A stretch of DNA of 64,000 bases from the NCBI RefSeq assembly GCF_035594765.1, contig NC_085842.1, positions 305,769,749 to 305,833,748 of the forward strand, in the 5' to 3' direction. Both the position numbers and the translations under genes were made by a program. The DNA is from Anolis carolinensis (taxonomy: Eukaryota). Positions 25,045-39,992 of this stretch are shown here, one piece after another (position 1 is the first letter of the stretch; each line of letters begins with the position of its first letter). Below the pieces are notes generated by a model. That model searched no databases and was not told the origin of the DNA. It saw only the letters and a list, made by a program, of their open reading frames with translations.

Positions 25045-28000
25045 GTGAGTGGCCTTCTTTGCAAAGAGGAGGAGGAAGAGGAGGAGCCTTTGTGGTGCCT
25101 TGTCTTTGGGTTTCTCCTGTCAGAGGACTTCCTCCTCTGAGAGCCTCTGAGATCCCCTTCCCGGTTTCATCCCTTCCTTCTTTCTTTCACTATGGTTACT
25201 GAGCAAACCAGCATGAGAGGCTCCTGGTGGCATCGCGGGAGGCAGGAGGGCACCTGTGAGCATGGGCAGAGTGCCATTTCCTTTATACACTTGCTGCATT
25301 TTAAATGCTCAGAGGAGAGAGCAGTAGTGTCACTAGGGAGTTTGTCAGCTGGTGCCACCCCCTGGACCTTCTTCAAGAGCAGACCTTAGCAGAATATTGT
25401 AGTCAAACTACCAGGATATTGGAGAAAAAGCAGCTACTCAAGCCCGCAGCAGTAAGAGAGCCGACAGAGCAGGTGCCTGTAGGATGTGCAGGTGAAACCC
25501 TGTGACTGGAAGTGTCAAATAATTATGATCACTCTGATGGCATGCATGTTGGAAAGTTCAAAAAGTGACCTAGCATAGAGTTTTAGCCTTGTAGGTATAG
25601 TGGAATCTGGGTTTACAAACATACTTTTGTGGTTATAACTATTTGCAAGGATAAATTTATTTTGAAAAATCAATACATTTCTGCTGAAACATTGCACAAT
25701 TTTATATGGTGTTAGTCCTGGTGATAGTGTCACCCCCACAATCCCCTGATGATGCCCCTGGGAAGGAGGAGGCTTGGGTGACCTTTCCTCTTGGCTGTGT
25801 TGGTTTTCCTTCCTCCGGCTTTCTGGGATAAATGAGACAGGATTTGAAACCCCTTTGCCTTGTTTCTTCTTCTTGGAGAGAGTGGCAGAAGGCGGTTGTA
25901 TGTCATTTCTGATAACTTCTGGTATCAAGCATCACAGCAAATGGTTTTTTGAAATTTCACCTTAAATACCCCCTTACTTCCTTTTTTTCACTCTTCATTT
26001 CTTTTTCTCAGTGGCCAGTCTTCTGTTTAATCTTATTCACCTCTGTTTTTACATATCTGCTTGATACTAAAATGCAATGGTAAATGTCTTTAAGTAAATG
26101 TCTGCTCAGTGCCTTGACTGATGGCAATGAGCCTTTCTCTGTTTTTTGAAAAATAGTGCTGGTTTCTGCTGTACAACTGTGAATCAAAATAACTCTATTG
26201 CTGTAATTATATCCCACTGAAATGAATGTCATTGTTTCTCAGGATCTTTTTTCACATCTTCCTGATGTCTCTTAGAGTTGTTTTCTGTACAAGGGCCCAA
26301 GGGTGTGGGCATACTAATGCTTTGTTTACAGACTTGTGTGCCATGCAGGTGCTTCACTCCCTGCAAGTTCATTTAAAGTGCATACTTGATCCTGAAAATC
26401 TTTATATACTTTAGATAATGTATTCTGTGCCACTTCTCTCAAAAACTTGCTTTTGCCCTCATGATAGGACACACTTTTCAAATCCTCTAAATCTGTGCAG
26501 TGTGCTGTCAGTCACTAATCTGCTTTTCAGCACTAAAATATACAGCAATGATGAGACAAATTATACAGAAGTATGGTAATTCATTGTTGAAATTAACACG
26601 GGACCTTGTTGCTGTTCCTGCTTGAAAAGAGTGCTTTCTGTGTTGGCAAAATATAATGTTGAGATAAAACCCTTTTGGTGTTTGAGAACTAGTTACAGTG
26701 TCAAGTGTCATGATTATAACAGCTTAACAGTTTCCAAACACATTTTGTTTTGTTCTGTAGCACTTTACCAAAGAGTGTTCTGGAATATATGACAGCCCAC
26801 TCACCCTAAAGAAATATCTGTTTATACATCACTTTAGTCGAACCGTGCTTAGCTGATGCCTACAGTCTACCTACAATGGGGAATTGGAGTTTTCCACCTA
26901 AATCTAATTTTTTGTCTCAACTAGAGGAAGCCAGTTGAACTGACTAAAGTGTTAATTTGCTATCCAGCAGTGCAGTTGGATTTAGACCTCGCTAATAATA
27001 CTAGTCCAAGACATTTTAAACAGTGCACTTTGCAATAATGAAATTATAATGTCTTCTGGGTGGTATCGTCACATAAAGAATCTACTTTTGTGTGTGTGTG
27101 AATTAATCTGGCCAGGATGCCATGACATTTCTAGATCTTTGAAATACTGTCACTTTGCAATGTGTAACTGTTTTTCATTAGAAACATATGTGCCTCCTTG
27201 CGATGTATATTGTTATGATTTATGTCCTTACAGTATATGCATTAAAGTTTTATATTGATCTGCTCTTAATCTTAATGCTTGTCAAACACTATGTTTATTG
27301 GACACAAATTATGATTATAAATTTTTGCTGACTAGTATCTGTTCATTAGACTGTAGCCTTAGCCTGTGAAATATTTAGCAAAGAGTAGACATACATTAAT
27401 AACAGTATGAAATTACTATAAGCATACAATGTTATTTTTAAATACTGTTGAAAATCCAAGCAACCAAGTGAAGAATAGTGGACAACAGCACAAGAAATTC
27501 AGTAACTGAAAAAAAGGGAAATGAAACTTTTTGCTTTACAGTAGAGGTGTGAATAACACAGCTCTCCATATGTTAAGATTGTAGCTTCCAGGATTCCTTG
27601 CCACTGATTGTACTTACTAGGGCTAGTGAGGCTTCCAACAACATCTTGAGGACCACATGTTACTTGCATCTGTTTTATCAGAAGGATTTGGAGATCAGAA
27701 TAAAAAAAACTTGGCAAATAGCTCATGAGTTATTGACAGTATATGAATGTAAAAAATTCTGTAGCTGAATTATAGTCAGAATGTGCACATGTATTTGATT
27801 GTAGTGTGATCAGAAACTTGACCGGCTTCCACAAAGGAAATAAATGAAAAACGTAGTGCCATAACATTTTTAGAAATGGAATTCCATGCTTGTAGCACTT
27901 GTTGAGCAAGAATGTGAAATGTTTGACACGTTTGTGGTGTAGTGTTGCCTCAACAGTGCAGTTCCCTGTGTGTCTGGCGATGTCTGTGTTATGCCAACAT

Positions 28001-31000
28001 GACACTCGAAAGCTTGTGAGACTTGTGGTGACCGTGGCTTGCATTATGTGGCTGTCAAGACTGTGCATAATGTGATTTTTTTTTTAAAAAAGGACACAGC
28101 ATGTATCTTGAGAGCAGCTGACAGTGCTACACATGTAAACATTTGCTGCAGGCCATTCAGCAAGATGTATGACCACTTTAATTGCTACATGCTGTTTATA
28201 AAAGAATTGTTAACTAAATCCAGGCAGGCTGCAGCGATTAACTTGGGAAATGGCCTGTCATTTTCTCTGCCCTCTGTCATTTTCCCTTTGACCTTTGTTA
28301 CTGTGAAGAGTTTACAGAAAGATGAATTTGTGTAGCAAAATGAAATTACAGCCCTGTATGTTATAGGATGCGGTTGATTAAACCAGAACTCCTTAAACTT
28401 TGCTGTGCCAAACCACTATTATGACAGGCTTGTCATTTGCAGACCACCTCATTTTTATTTCTTCCACCCTCCTTACTAGAAGGTCCATGAAAGGCTTCCA
28501 GACTGAAACTCAGCTGTTACATTTGGCCTCTGGCTATATGTGGATCCAGAATAGGTCTTCATATTCATAGTCATTTACGGATCCACCACCAAGACTCTGC
28601 CTCTGGAACATAATTACACTTGTCCACAATTGAAAACAATATGAAAGGTAGGGGAGAAACATAACCAGAGTTTCACTGTAGCAACCTGTGCTGCTAAAAA
28701 GGCAAATGTCTTTTGGGACTGGAATTTTAAAAACATAAACTGCCATATAAAATCCAGATTATCTGCTTTGAACTGGATTATATGACAGCGTAATCTGGAT
28801 TTTATGGCAGTGTAGAAGGGGCCTGAGAAATTGGTTTCTAGTGATATTGAGGGGGCAGAATTTGTGGCAACTTTTGCAACTAGTTGAAAATGTCCTATCA
28901 AACTTGAGTATTTTCTTTTGTTATTTTCATTGCATCCTCAGGGCCCTATGAATGTTCTCCTGAGAACATGTGGTATTGCCTAGTCATGGGGCCCTTCCAC
29001 ACAGCCATATAACCCAGAATATCAAGGCAGATAATCCACAATATATGAGTCTACACTGTCATATAATCCAGTTCAATGTGGATTTTATAAGCTCTGTGGA
29101 AGGGACTACTGTCTAAGAACTACTGGGAAATACAAATATCGCAGGAGATGAATTTTATGAGAGAAGGGTACTATGTACTGAGTTTATAAGCAGCTCAGCC
29201 CAGGTTTCATAAAATGGTCCATCTTAAATGCAAGTTGGAAAGAAGAGAGACAGAATGCGTGTAATTGTGTAGGATGTCTGAGTTGAAGTTCTAAGCATAA
29301 AGGAATAGAACGGAGAATGGGATATGTTGTTTTATTATAAAATATCAGGGAAATACCCATTTAGGAAACTGTAATGGATACTTAGGTAGATAATTCTGGA
29401 GTGCTTTGGTATGGCTTCTCATGACCATTTGTTGTGAAACTTTTTGATACTTCTGAATTGGTAGTTGACTCATGGTGATTTCTTTTAGTAGCTGTCCTCT
29501 CATGCATGGTCACCTTCTCTCAGTGTGTCCCAATAACCCTTGATGGAGTGAGAAAAAAGAGAGGCAGCCAGACCATTCACCCCAGCAGTCACTGGGTTGT
29601 CTTGCTCATCCAAAAAATGCTGGAAGGTGTGATGTTTTGCATTGTGGGAATCTATTTGAACAGACCAGGAGAAATGAGAATGTGAAAGACATAGTTAAGG
29701 TGTGTCATGCAATGTGGACTATACCTATACCACCTGAATGTGTTTCCTTCTCACAAATGAAGTGAAGGATGCTGACCACTGTTAAAAAATAAAATGTAAC
29801 TTCAAAACCGAGACATTCTGTGGACCACCATCTTGTTCTTTGCTTTGGGCAATGAAATTTCTTGGGCAGGTCCTTCAGTTGATGCAAGCTTGCTTAGAAT
29901 CAGAAACTGAAGTTTGTTCACTCTGCTTTTACAATGGCTCCATGTGATATTGGTAGTCAAACCTGTTTACTTGTTTGTACATTAAATAATATTCTTCCAT
30001 ATCTCAAATAGCAGAGTGAGGAAAGTGCAGCTATTGTGCCCCAGCCTCTCCGGCTCCCCAGCACCCAAAAAGAATTTCAAAGGAATGTTATTGGTCATTT
30101 CCAGATTACTTCCTGCTGGAAAAACAGGTATTTCCAGTGCTTAAAATCATACAAGACTGGGCACTAAGGGGAAGGGTTGTGGAGAAACATGAAGGTTTTG
30201 AGAGGCCTTGAGGGAGGCTTCCAAGGTCCCTTGGTGGTGCAATGTAGCCCCTTAATCATAGTTTATCAGTCCTGCCATATAGTGGTTGAAAACAGCATTT
30301 CTGAGTACTAAGAGACTCTTTTCTAGTGGATCCCATAACCTTTAATATAATCTCATGGCCAGAATATGGATTGGAGGAAAATATAAGAACCCAAATTCAA
30401 TAAAAATGATGTTAACAACTTTAGATGTATTTAAACTACATGAGCATATACTGAGATATCTGTATTCCAAGCCATAAATAACCAGTCCAAACATTAATGT
30501 TATAAAGTTATGTGGGTGGTGGTCTTTTAGTTTTCTTGAGCTCTGTCCAGAGGGAAGGTTAGTCTTTATTCCTCCACTTTATAACACATGTCTTACTTTA
30601 CAAAGAACAATTTTCCAAATTAAGCCCTATGAGAAAACAGAATTGTGTGAAGGGGATCAGTTCAAGTCTAGCTAAATCTTAAATTGTCTAAAGAAGGGAA
30701 GGCAAAAGTATTGCCCATCTAACTCTACCAGCACTTGAAAAGCTACAGAATGAGCGGGCACAGGTCCTATCTACACTGCCATTATAATACAGATTGAAGT
30801 GCATTATATACTCAGTATAGACCAGGCATTGACAAACTTCGGCCCTCCAGGTGTTTTGGACTTCAACTCCCACAATTCCTACCAGCCTATCAGCTGGTAT
30901 AGATTCATATAAGGTAGTTTAATTGCTTTGAACTGGATTATATGACCATATAATTAAGTTCAATATGCATTATAATGGCAGTGTAGATAGGACCACAGAG

Positions 31001-31304
31001 ATGACATGGACAGAATCTTCTCCACTGTGGTGAGATGTACTTCATCTTTATTTAAATTATAGTAAGACCCCTGTATCCATGGGAGATATGTTTCTGATTT
31101 CTATGGGAATCACTTCCACTAGAAGTTACCACAGAGTCACCACAAAGGACCTAGAAATTTCCCACAGAGATATCCCCCTATACTAGGAATGTTAAGTCTT
31201 CCAACATTACTCTATGGCAATTTCCAGTGAAAGCATATGACAGAATCACCTGGGGACCTAGAAAGTTCCTCCAAAGGTCATGTTTTGTCTGAAGTGGAAA
31301 GGTG

Positions 31305-31448
31305 CCTCACCTCCAACAGATTTCTGAAAATGCCAGCCACAGATGTAGGTGAAACATCAGGAGAGAATGCTACTGGAACATGGCCATAATTCCAGAAAAA
31401 CTCACAGCAACCTAGTGATTCCAGCCATGAAAGCCTTCGACAACACAT
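31305..31448 (+). mobile_element. Penelope-like terminal fragment
   Basis: ctgaaaatgcc...gaaacatcaggagagaatgc...aaagccttcgacaacacat. Confidence 0.8.
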
Positions 31449-32000
31449 GGATATAAATCTTGTAAATACAAGGTCATACTGTATAACAATTATTTGTAGA
31501 TTTACACTTGTGCATATAAATTAGCCTATGTTAATTTAATGCAAATCCCATGCCATTTTGAGGAGATGTGCTTCCTTTTTTAGCTGTCTATAACCAGTCA
31601 CCCTCAGCATCACCAACTGCCATTGGAAAGGATGCTATGGAGCAGGTTAGCTTTGGGCAGGGAAACTGAGCTCAGACTGAGGCGTTCTCTTGTTGTTGAT
31701 GTTTCATCTGCCTGGCATTCACTATGTGTCCATGTTTTCAGTGTCACCTGACTTCTGATAAGTTTTGTGTCAATGAAAAAAACAACTACAGTTGCACAGG
31801 CTGCTTGTCCAGTGTGGATGAGATTTTCAATCAAGTGAGAACAATTTCCAGAGATTGCAGAAGAGATGCCAATGTGGTTCCACTGTGGATGGACATGGAT
31901 GAGCACTGGTGCAGGTTGTGCATGAATACACACTCTACATGCAGATGTGCATGCTCGTTTGGCAGTGGAATTTGCAACTGAGAGAGCATTGCATAATTGA

Positions 32001-32382
32001 GGCTGGATTTATACTGCCCTATATCCCAGGATCTGATCCCAGATTATCTGCTTTGAACTCAATTATATGAGTCTCCACTGACAGAAAACCTGGGATAAGT
32101 AGAAAATATCCGGGGATATATGGCAGTGCAGATCCAACCTTAGTCCCAGCTTCTGCCAACCTAGCAGTTCGAAAACATGCCAATGTGAGTAGATCAATAA
32201 GTACCACTCTGGTGGGAAGGTAACAGCGCTCCATGCAGTCATGCCGGCCACATGACCTTGGAGGTGTCTACGAACAATGCCAGCTCTACAGCTTAGAAAT
32301 GTAGATGAGCACCAACCCCCAGAGTTGGACACAACCAGACTGAATGTCAGGGGGAAACCTTTACCTTTATTTAGATCCAGCC
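32001..32382. mobile_element. Harbinger-like MITE with a Sauria SINE (32141-32370) inserted at its terminus
   Basis: TIR ggctggat..a.actgcc; SINE flanked by agatcca(a/g)cct. Confidence 0.7.
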
Positions 32383-34691
32383 TGAGAAGCTACAGTCCCA
32401 TGCTATCTCCTTGATGCAGGATCTCAGCTGTGGTTAAATTACTCTGTGTTCTCCTAGGGATTTTATTAGTAAAAACAAAAAGAACTACATTTTTCACAAT
32501 TGGGACGGGGAAGCCCTTGTGATGGCTCAGAAACATCTGTGGAACCATATTTGGCTTTTGCGCTGCACTGTTCCCGCCTCTGCTTTTAGTGCCACTGTGC
32601 TTCTGTTTAAGAATATTGTTCTGACAGAGCTTGCTCTTTCACTTCTTTGTTTGTGTTCAGCAAATCTGGCAGATCAGTGATGAATTTATCCTTAATAGTT
32701 AATTAGTCAGCTTCTGTTTCTCCTTGAGGACATTAACCACTGGTTTACTTTGACTTCTTTCATTTTTCTTTTGTAGCAGCCTTGCTTTGTTTCACCAGAA
32801 AATATCAATGCAAGGCATAATAGAACATTGATTAATAATCTCACTGTTCTATTCAAGAGGAGATAATAAAATGGGGAGAACCCGTAAAGAAGGAACTATT
32901 GTTGCAGGAGTCTTTTGCAGACTACAGGTTATGTTATAAAAGTCTCCTGGACTACAGAGGAGGGCTGCTTCTGGAAAAATGTGGTACATATTAGATCCTG
33001 TTTTAATCACATTTAATTCTACTTTTTGCTCATTGTGGGAAAGCAGTGCCTCAATGGTGCAGAATGGCCCCTGGTGTAAAAGGCAAGCCAGGCTTTCCAC
33101 AGAAATATTCTCACAATATAAGAATGAGGTCTCACATGTACTCATTTGTGCATAATACATATACAGTACAACCTCTGTATCCACGATCGTAAACTTACCA
33201 CAGAAACAGGAAACCATGGATAATAACAAACCCTATTGGAGACCAATGGTTTCTACTGGTAGATAGTAGATACCGTAGGTCTTTGCTGGATGACCTTGAA
33301 AATTCTTAGAGATGATACATTTTGACAAATGTGAATAGGTAAAACTATGAGTACTGGTCCTATGGATATGGGGAGGTTACTATATTTGTGTGTGTGTGTG
33401 TGTGTTGTGTGATATGTAATACTTTCCAGTTCTTAGGCATTTCGAATGAGCACACCTATAAAATCTGCATTTTCAAATATCCTCTTTGGTCTGTCTCCAT
33501 CTCCAATCTATGCCTGGTTCAATTGTTGTTTTTCAAGTAATACATTCTATCCTTTTCTGGATTCTTTTTTGGATTTGTGTATTTAAAATTGTACAGCCTC
33601 AATAACATTGTAGAAAAATGCATTCTTCACTCTACCCATTGACTAAATTAAGTTTAAGCAATAGTTTGCATGTGTTTGAAATGTGCACATTTTTTTCTGT
33701 GCAAGTTTTGGAAGATAAATATCTGCAGTTGCTTTTCAGAATGAGGACTCTGATAGCCAAACTTCATCCTTCCTGTAAAAAGTTTGAGGTGTGTGAAACT
33801 GAGTCGAACCTTGGACTGAAATTGTATTCTTCCCACATTCATGGTGGAACATCTTAGATGTTGATCCTGACGTTCTCTCCAACCTGTGTCTGCCTTCATA
33901 GGTTAGGATGAAGCCTGTGCTTATTCTTCAAAGCTGATTACAGAAATTAGGAAGGATTTTTTTTAAAAAATACCTACTTTACAAAAATAATCAAAATAGA
34001 AATGAAAAAAGTTTCAAAGTGCTGAAAATTAATGTGCTGGGTCAAATGACGTGGGCCTGATGTCCTAAGTAAACAACAAACAAGATATCTTATTGCTAAA
34101 CCCATCTACGAAATCTGATCCATATTCACTTTAGATAAGACTTTTAAACACATGAGGCTTTGAATCCTGGTGGATGTTCCAGCAGGATTAGTGCTCTGGA
34201 GCAAAAGTTACTCAAAGCAAAACAAGATTTAAGCCCCTCTGACACTATTTGTTTACTGTCTTTGGAACTTAATTCTTAAAATGGTTTTGTTTGCTGTGAA
34301 AACGGATCCTAAGCAGTCTGGGGTGCATTTATACTATAGAATTAATGCAGTTTGACACAACTTTAACTGCCATGGTTCATTGCAATGGAATCATGGGAGT
34401 TGTAGTACTTAGCCTTCTCTGCCAAAGAGTGTTGGTGCCTCACCAAACTACAAATTTCAGGATTCTGTAGCATTGAGCCACGACAGTTAAAGTAGTGTCA
34501 AAATACATTAATTCATCCCTGAAAAGATCTGTATGTGTTGCAACTTAATGTATTCCAATAGTCATAAAGGACTCTAAAACCACTTACATCCATTTGCCTC
34601 CCCTCCAGTTTCCCCCAAAGTGTGCTGAACTGTAGAATTAATGCAGTTTGACACTACTTTAACTACCATGCTTCAATGCCATGAAATCATA

Positions 34692-35111
34692 CCGTGTTTC
34701 CCCGAAAATAAGACAGTGTCTTATATTATTTTTTGCTCCCAAAGATGTGCTAGGTCTTATTTTCAGGGGATGTCTTATTTTTCCATGAAGAAGAATTCAC
34801 ATTTATCGTTGAACAAAAAAAAATGAACATTTATCATATACTATACAGTGGTTTTCATCACAAACCAACATAACCAAACCAGACAAACTGTGACTCCTGT
34901 CAAGAATTTCTTATTATTACCATTATTTCCATGTACAACTCGTATGTACATTTACCAATCCTGCATGCTCTGGTGTTCTGTTTGGCGAGCATGCTTCCAA
35001 ACAAAAACTTTGCTAGGTCTTACTTTCGGGGGAGGCCTTATATTTAGCAATTCAGCAAAAACTCTGCTAGGTCTTATTTTTTGGGGATGTCTTATTTTCG
35101 GGGAAACAGGG
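34692..35111 (+). mobile_element. pogo/Tigger-type MITE
   Basis: TIR ccgtgtttccccgaaaataagac with TA TSD; second copy reversed at 44044-44472. Confidence 0.85.
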
Positions 35112-35986
35112 TAGGAGTGGTAGTTTTATGAAGTCTTTAACCTTCTCTGCCAAAGGGTTGGTGCCTTACCAAACTGCACATCCAATGATTCCATAACACT
35201 GAGCCATGGCAAGCTGCATTCATTCTACAACGGGCATCCTCTCCAGTGGAAAGCACCAAAGCTTCCTCCTGTCTTGAGCCAAGTTGTTAGTAAACCTGGA
35301 GGCAGGGGAAGGGGTGAAACAGTGCTTTGCATGATCAAAGTGAACACAGACCTGTTTATTTTGCTTGTAGCAGGCTGCAGCCGGGGTTTTTTGTCCTTCC
35401 TGACCTTGCTTGCAGGCATTTTTTCACCTTTTTTGAGCAGCTGGTCTTGAATGTCCCTACTAATTAATATCTTTCCAACAAAATGTTGACTCAAAGGCAT
35501 GTATAGCATTACATTGCTGAGCAAGCTGATAGGAGGCCCCTTCTGTACACAAAAGATTGCGGCAATGGTAAACTGTAATTTACTGTATATAAATCCTTGC
35601 ATGTTTAAGATTAAGTTGTCTCCAGTTCATGGGGTCTAGGATTGTTGACTCAGGAGGTTTGTGGACTGGAGCCAAACCTAACCATATGAAAGGAAACAAA
35701 TGGGTAATTGCATCTGCCAGTATTGTTCAGTACTGTCTGATTTTGGCTTATGGTATACAATTTGATATTGGGGTTTTCCACATCATTGAATGGCTTCTCA
35801 TAATCCTGAGCCATACAATATTTCATAGTAACCAAGTGTGGTAATTGACTGCTCTCAGTGTTTTACAACTGAAGGGCTGAGGATGATATAGTGTGACTTT
35901 CTCAAGGTCATTCAACTGAATCCTTGGCTGTTCTGTGATATGAACTTGCATCAAGAGCCAATGTGGGCTGTTGTATTTATTTATTC

Positions 35987-36031
<45 letters not shown>

Positions 36032-37702
36032 TATATAATATACACACACATGCATGCACACACGCACGCACACGCACACACTCTTAAACTGCCAAAAGAG
36101 TGGTTGGTTGTGGACAAATTGTTGAGCCTGATCTCCTACATGACTGTTCAGAAGTAAGTTTTGCTGACTTCTTAAATAACTTTGCACCTGTAGGGCATGC
36201 TCCTATATGTGTCTCCTTAGAAGTAAATTCCACTGTACTCAGTAATAAATGTTAGACCATTTCAGTATGAAAAAGAGGGAAGTATTTTAAAGGCTAAAGC
36301 ACATCTCTGTCTCTGAAACTCAAGGCCGTCCAGATGCTGGACTACAACTCCTGTTTTCCTCATAATTAGAAATCATGTCTAGAGTTGATGAGAGTTGTGA
36401 TACAGTAATATCTGGATACGGTTTGTTCTGTTTAGTCAGGATAGTGGGGTTTGAATTTAGATACAATACTTGAGAATATGATGAGTTATTTTAAAATGTC
36501 CTTTAACATTTTCCCCAACCTCAGAATCACAAGTGCGGTTGGATTGCAATTTCCATTATCCCCAGGCCACATGGCAGATAATTATCAAAAGTAATGGGAG
36601 TTGCCATTTAGTAAGCTCTGTGGAATCGAATTCAGTAAAAATTAAAGACCAACAATGACTATGTAAAAAACCTGTATTTGGCGCTCTCTATCTATGGATT
36701 CTCCATTTATGGATTCAACGATCCTTTGAAGGCAACCGGAAGGCTGACATGAGCCACAATGAAAATGGGGTTGACACCCCTGGACTAAAGTTTAAGTCTT
36801 ATTTTTATTTTTGATTAGAAAATTAATTCAGATGCATCAACAATTGTTTCTGCGTTTTCATTTCAATTGAGATAACCCAAAGCATTCTGATGTCACTGTA
36901 TTATTCTGCATGACCATTCATAAATTGCAACCCACAAGAAAAGGTGAAATATTGAAACATCTGATATAAATGCACAGTTACATACCCCTCATATTATTTA
37001 ACTATACTTTTATATCTATTACTTTTATATCAAGGCTAGGGGCAGGCAGCTGTTGAAGGCTGGCTGGGCACAAGGGATGGGGGCTTCCTCAAAATGGTAG
37101 AAATACCCCCATTTGGGAGCATTTTATTCCATTTTATTTATATTCCAAAATGGGATTCAAGATGGCTAGAGGGGGGAAAATTAAAAGAAAAATTAATTTA
37201 TTTTGCAAAAAAATATTTTGACCCCTTGGGTTGCACTTTGCTAATCCTTGACCATACAAATAGATGGCAATCCATGAAAGCTGATGCTAAAATAATTCTT
37301 GTGTGTTGAAAACAGACTGAGCTGGCATGCCATACTGACTCACCAATGAGACTTGAAGTTACATGAGCCTGGAGATCAATGAATAAACCAGAAGAAGGCC
37401 AAAGTGTGTGTGTGTGTTGCCTTTGTTTAGTTTTATCAGAGAATGAATGAACTTTGTTACATTGTGGTTGAATGTTTTGGCAGTATGTTTTCCTGGAATG
37501 TGTTGTATATTTAAGCTGTCTGCATGTTTTTCAGCAAATAAATAAGTTAATAAACAAAAATGAATTTGTTAAACACACACACATACACAAGATGAATAAT
37601 TGCTGAGTAAATAGTACACATGGAACATGTTTTAATTAATACTACAACTTTGGGATTTTAGTATGCAATTAATCTAGCCTGGAAGAAAAACAATAAAGCT
37701 TA

Positions 37703-37852
37703 GGCTGGATCTACACTGCCAAATAATGCAATTTGAACTGCAATATATGGTCAGTATTGACCCATATAATGTAGTTTGAACTGCATTATATGGGTCTACA
37801 CTGACCATAAAATGCAATTCAAACCACATTATTTGGCAGTGTAGACCCAGCC
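37703..37852. mobile_element. Harbinger-like MITE
   Basis: TIR ggctggatctacactgccaaataatg / cattatttggcagtgtagacccagcc. Confidence 0.75.
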
Positions 37853-39127
37853 TAGAGGTAGTAGATTGCCCAAAGCTTTTTGTAGCCAGGGTCTGAATCC
37901 AACTTCTGCGAGTGCTTCTTTACTACATTAATTTAGTGGCATTGATAGGAACATCTCATTGTGTTCACTTGATCTCCCTTATTTTCATATGGCATTCAGT
38001 ACTAGTTGGTAAACAAATAAACGACAATTGAACACTTTTGAATTTGACCTCTTGATGACTGCCATACTACCTAAATATATCCATGCATGCACATTTATAA
38101 CATCCTTATTCTCATATTATTGTTTTTATTAACTTTGCCTTTCTATCAGAAATGGAATTCATAAAGGCTAAATAATTAAAACAGATATGAACTTGCATCA
38201 AGAACCAATGTGGGCACTTAAAACAAGCATGAATCAGAAGAAGGTGGACATAGTAAAACAAGAATTGGAATGTATAAAGTGGATGGAAATTAGACATTTT
38301 TGTGTTAGGCCTGTACACAATGTTTTCCTCAGGTAATGAATACCTTAAAATGAGGTGGCATTAATAGTGAAGACAGATGTAACTGAAGCAGTCAAAGGAT
38401 ATAATGCAAAGTCTGATGGTACCAATAAGATAAGGGGACTTGGAGGTCTCTCATTCATGAAGTTTGCATAAGTCAAAGTCAACTTGATGGCAGTTAACAA
38501 CATTAACAAATTCCTTGGAGCAGAGACCTCTACACTTGCCATTCACCAAACACCAAACTACAGGGTATCAACATCCATTTGTGTTCTCCTCCAAAACCTG
38601 CTCTCTTTGTTTCCTCTCCAGCCTCCTTTTTATAGTTTCTCACCATCTAAAGTACAAACCTACCCTTTACCAGCTCACTACAGTACTGTCTTCTGTCTTC
38701 TAATCTTAATGAATAGGATATTTTGGGCTGTACTTTTGTTACATGCACATATTATTAATACAGTTGTCAGCTTTTTTGGATTATTCTAGGCGGCATGGGC
38801 TATGGAACTATCATGATGAACATGCACACTTCAGAATCTACCAGTTCAGCATAGCAGATAGAATTAGAAAAATATTATTTCTCTGTTAATGTATTATTAG
38901 AAATTCAAATATTCAAAATATATACCAAGCTTTTCCTGTGCAAAATGGTAATCTACATTCCACATCTGTATTTCTTGGACTCTCTGATGTGGGGGAATGA
39001 TCAAGAAACCATTATTTTGGGTAACACCAATTTGAATGATTCCTTATTGTTTGTCTGTTAGGAATTGTGGGAGTTGAAGTCCAAAACACTTGGAGGGCTG
39101 AAGTTTGCCCATGCCTGGCCTATAAAA

Positions 39128-39572
39128 GGGGCCGGGCTGTGGCGCAGGCTGGTGAGCAGCCTGCTGCAATAAATCACTTTGACCATGAGGTCATGAGTTC
39201 GAGGCCATCCCGTGGTGGGGTGAGCACCCATCAATTAAAAAAATAAAAAAATAGCCCCTGCTCCTTGCTGACCTAGCAACCTGAAAGATAGTTGCATCTA
39301 TCAAGTAGGAAATAAGGTATCACTTATAAAGTGGGGAGGCAAATGTAACTAATTTACGACGTTGGAATGAGGAAGTGCCATCACAGTGGATGATGAAGCA
39401 GCTGCTCCCCACTCAGGAGAAGGTTAAATTGCCTCTGCGTCTGTCTCTGTCTTGGTTCTATGAGTATATGGGCATTGAATGTTTGCCCTATATGTATATA
39501 ATGTGATCTGCCCTGAGTCCCCTTTGGGGTGAGAGGGGCGGAATATAAATACTGTAAATACATAAATAAATA
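39128..39572 (+). mobile_element. tRNA SINE with L2-type tail
   Basis: Head gggccgggctgtggcgcagg; tail gccctgagtcccctttggggtgagagggg...aataaata. Confidence 0.85.
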
Positions 39573-39992
39573 TGCATTTACACCCAGAAGCATTGCAACA
39601 AGATGTACTCGTATCTCTCATCCTATTAGATATAATATCTACATAATCCACATAGTTTAATTCATCTATGTTTGACTAAACATTCCCCTCTCTAAGCATT
39701 TTCTAGGTCCTCAAGCATGACTCTATGGCTGGATCTACATTGCCATATAACTCAGTTTGAACTGTTCAGTGTAGACCCATATAATGCAGTTCAAGCTGCA
39801 TGAGATGGATCTACACTGAGCATATAATACAGTTCATTATTTGGCAGTGTAAATCCATCTTGGGACAGAAATCCTTGATTTCAATAAGAAATCCATGTTA
39901 TCCATGTTTTCGTGTATCCACATGGAGTCTGGAAATGTATCTCCTGTGCACAAAGGGATTTTCCTGTATTTTATTTAATGAATAGTATATAC

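Noticed and set aside
29605-29635. CCBE1 exon 3 (aaaaaatgctg resembles KKCC)
   Set aside because: Does not continue as KKCCKGYKFVLGQC and has no suitable acceptor.
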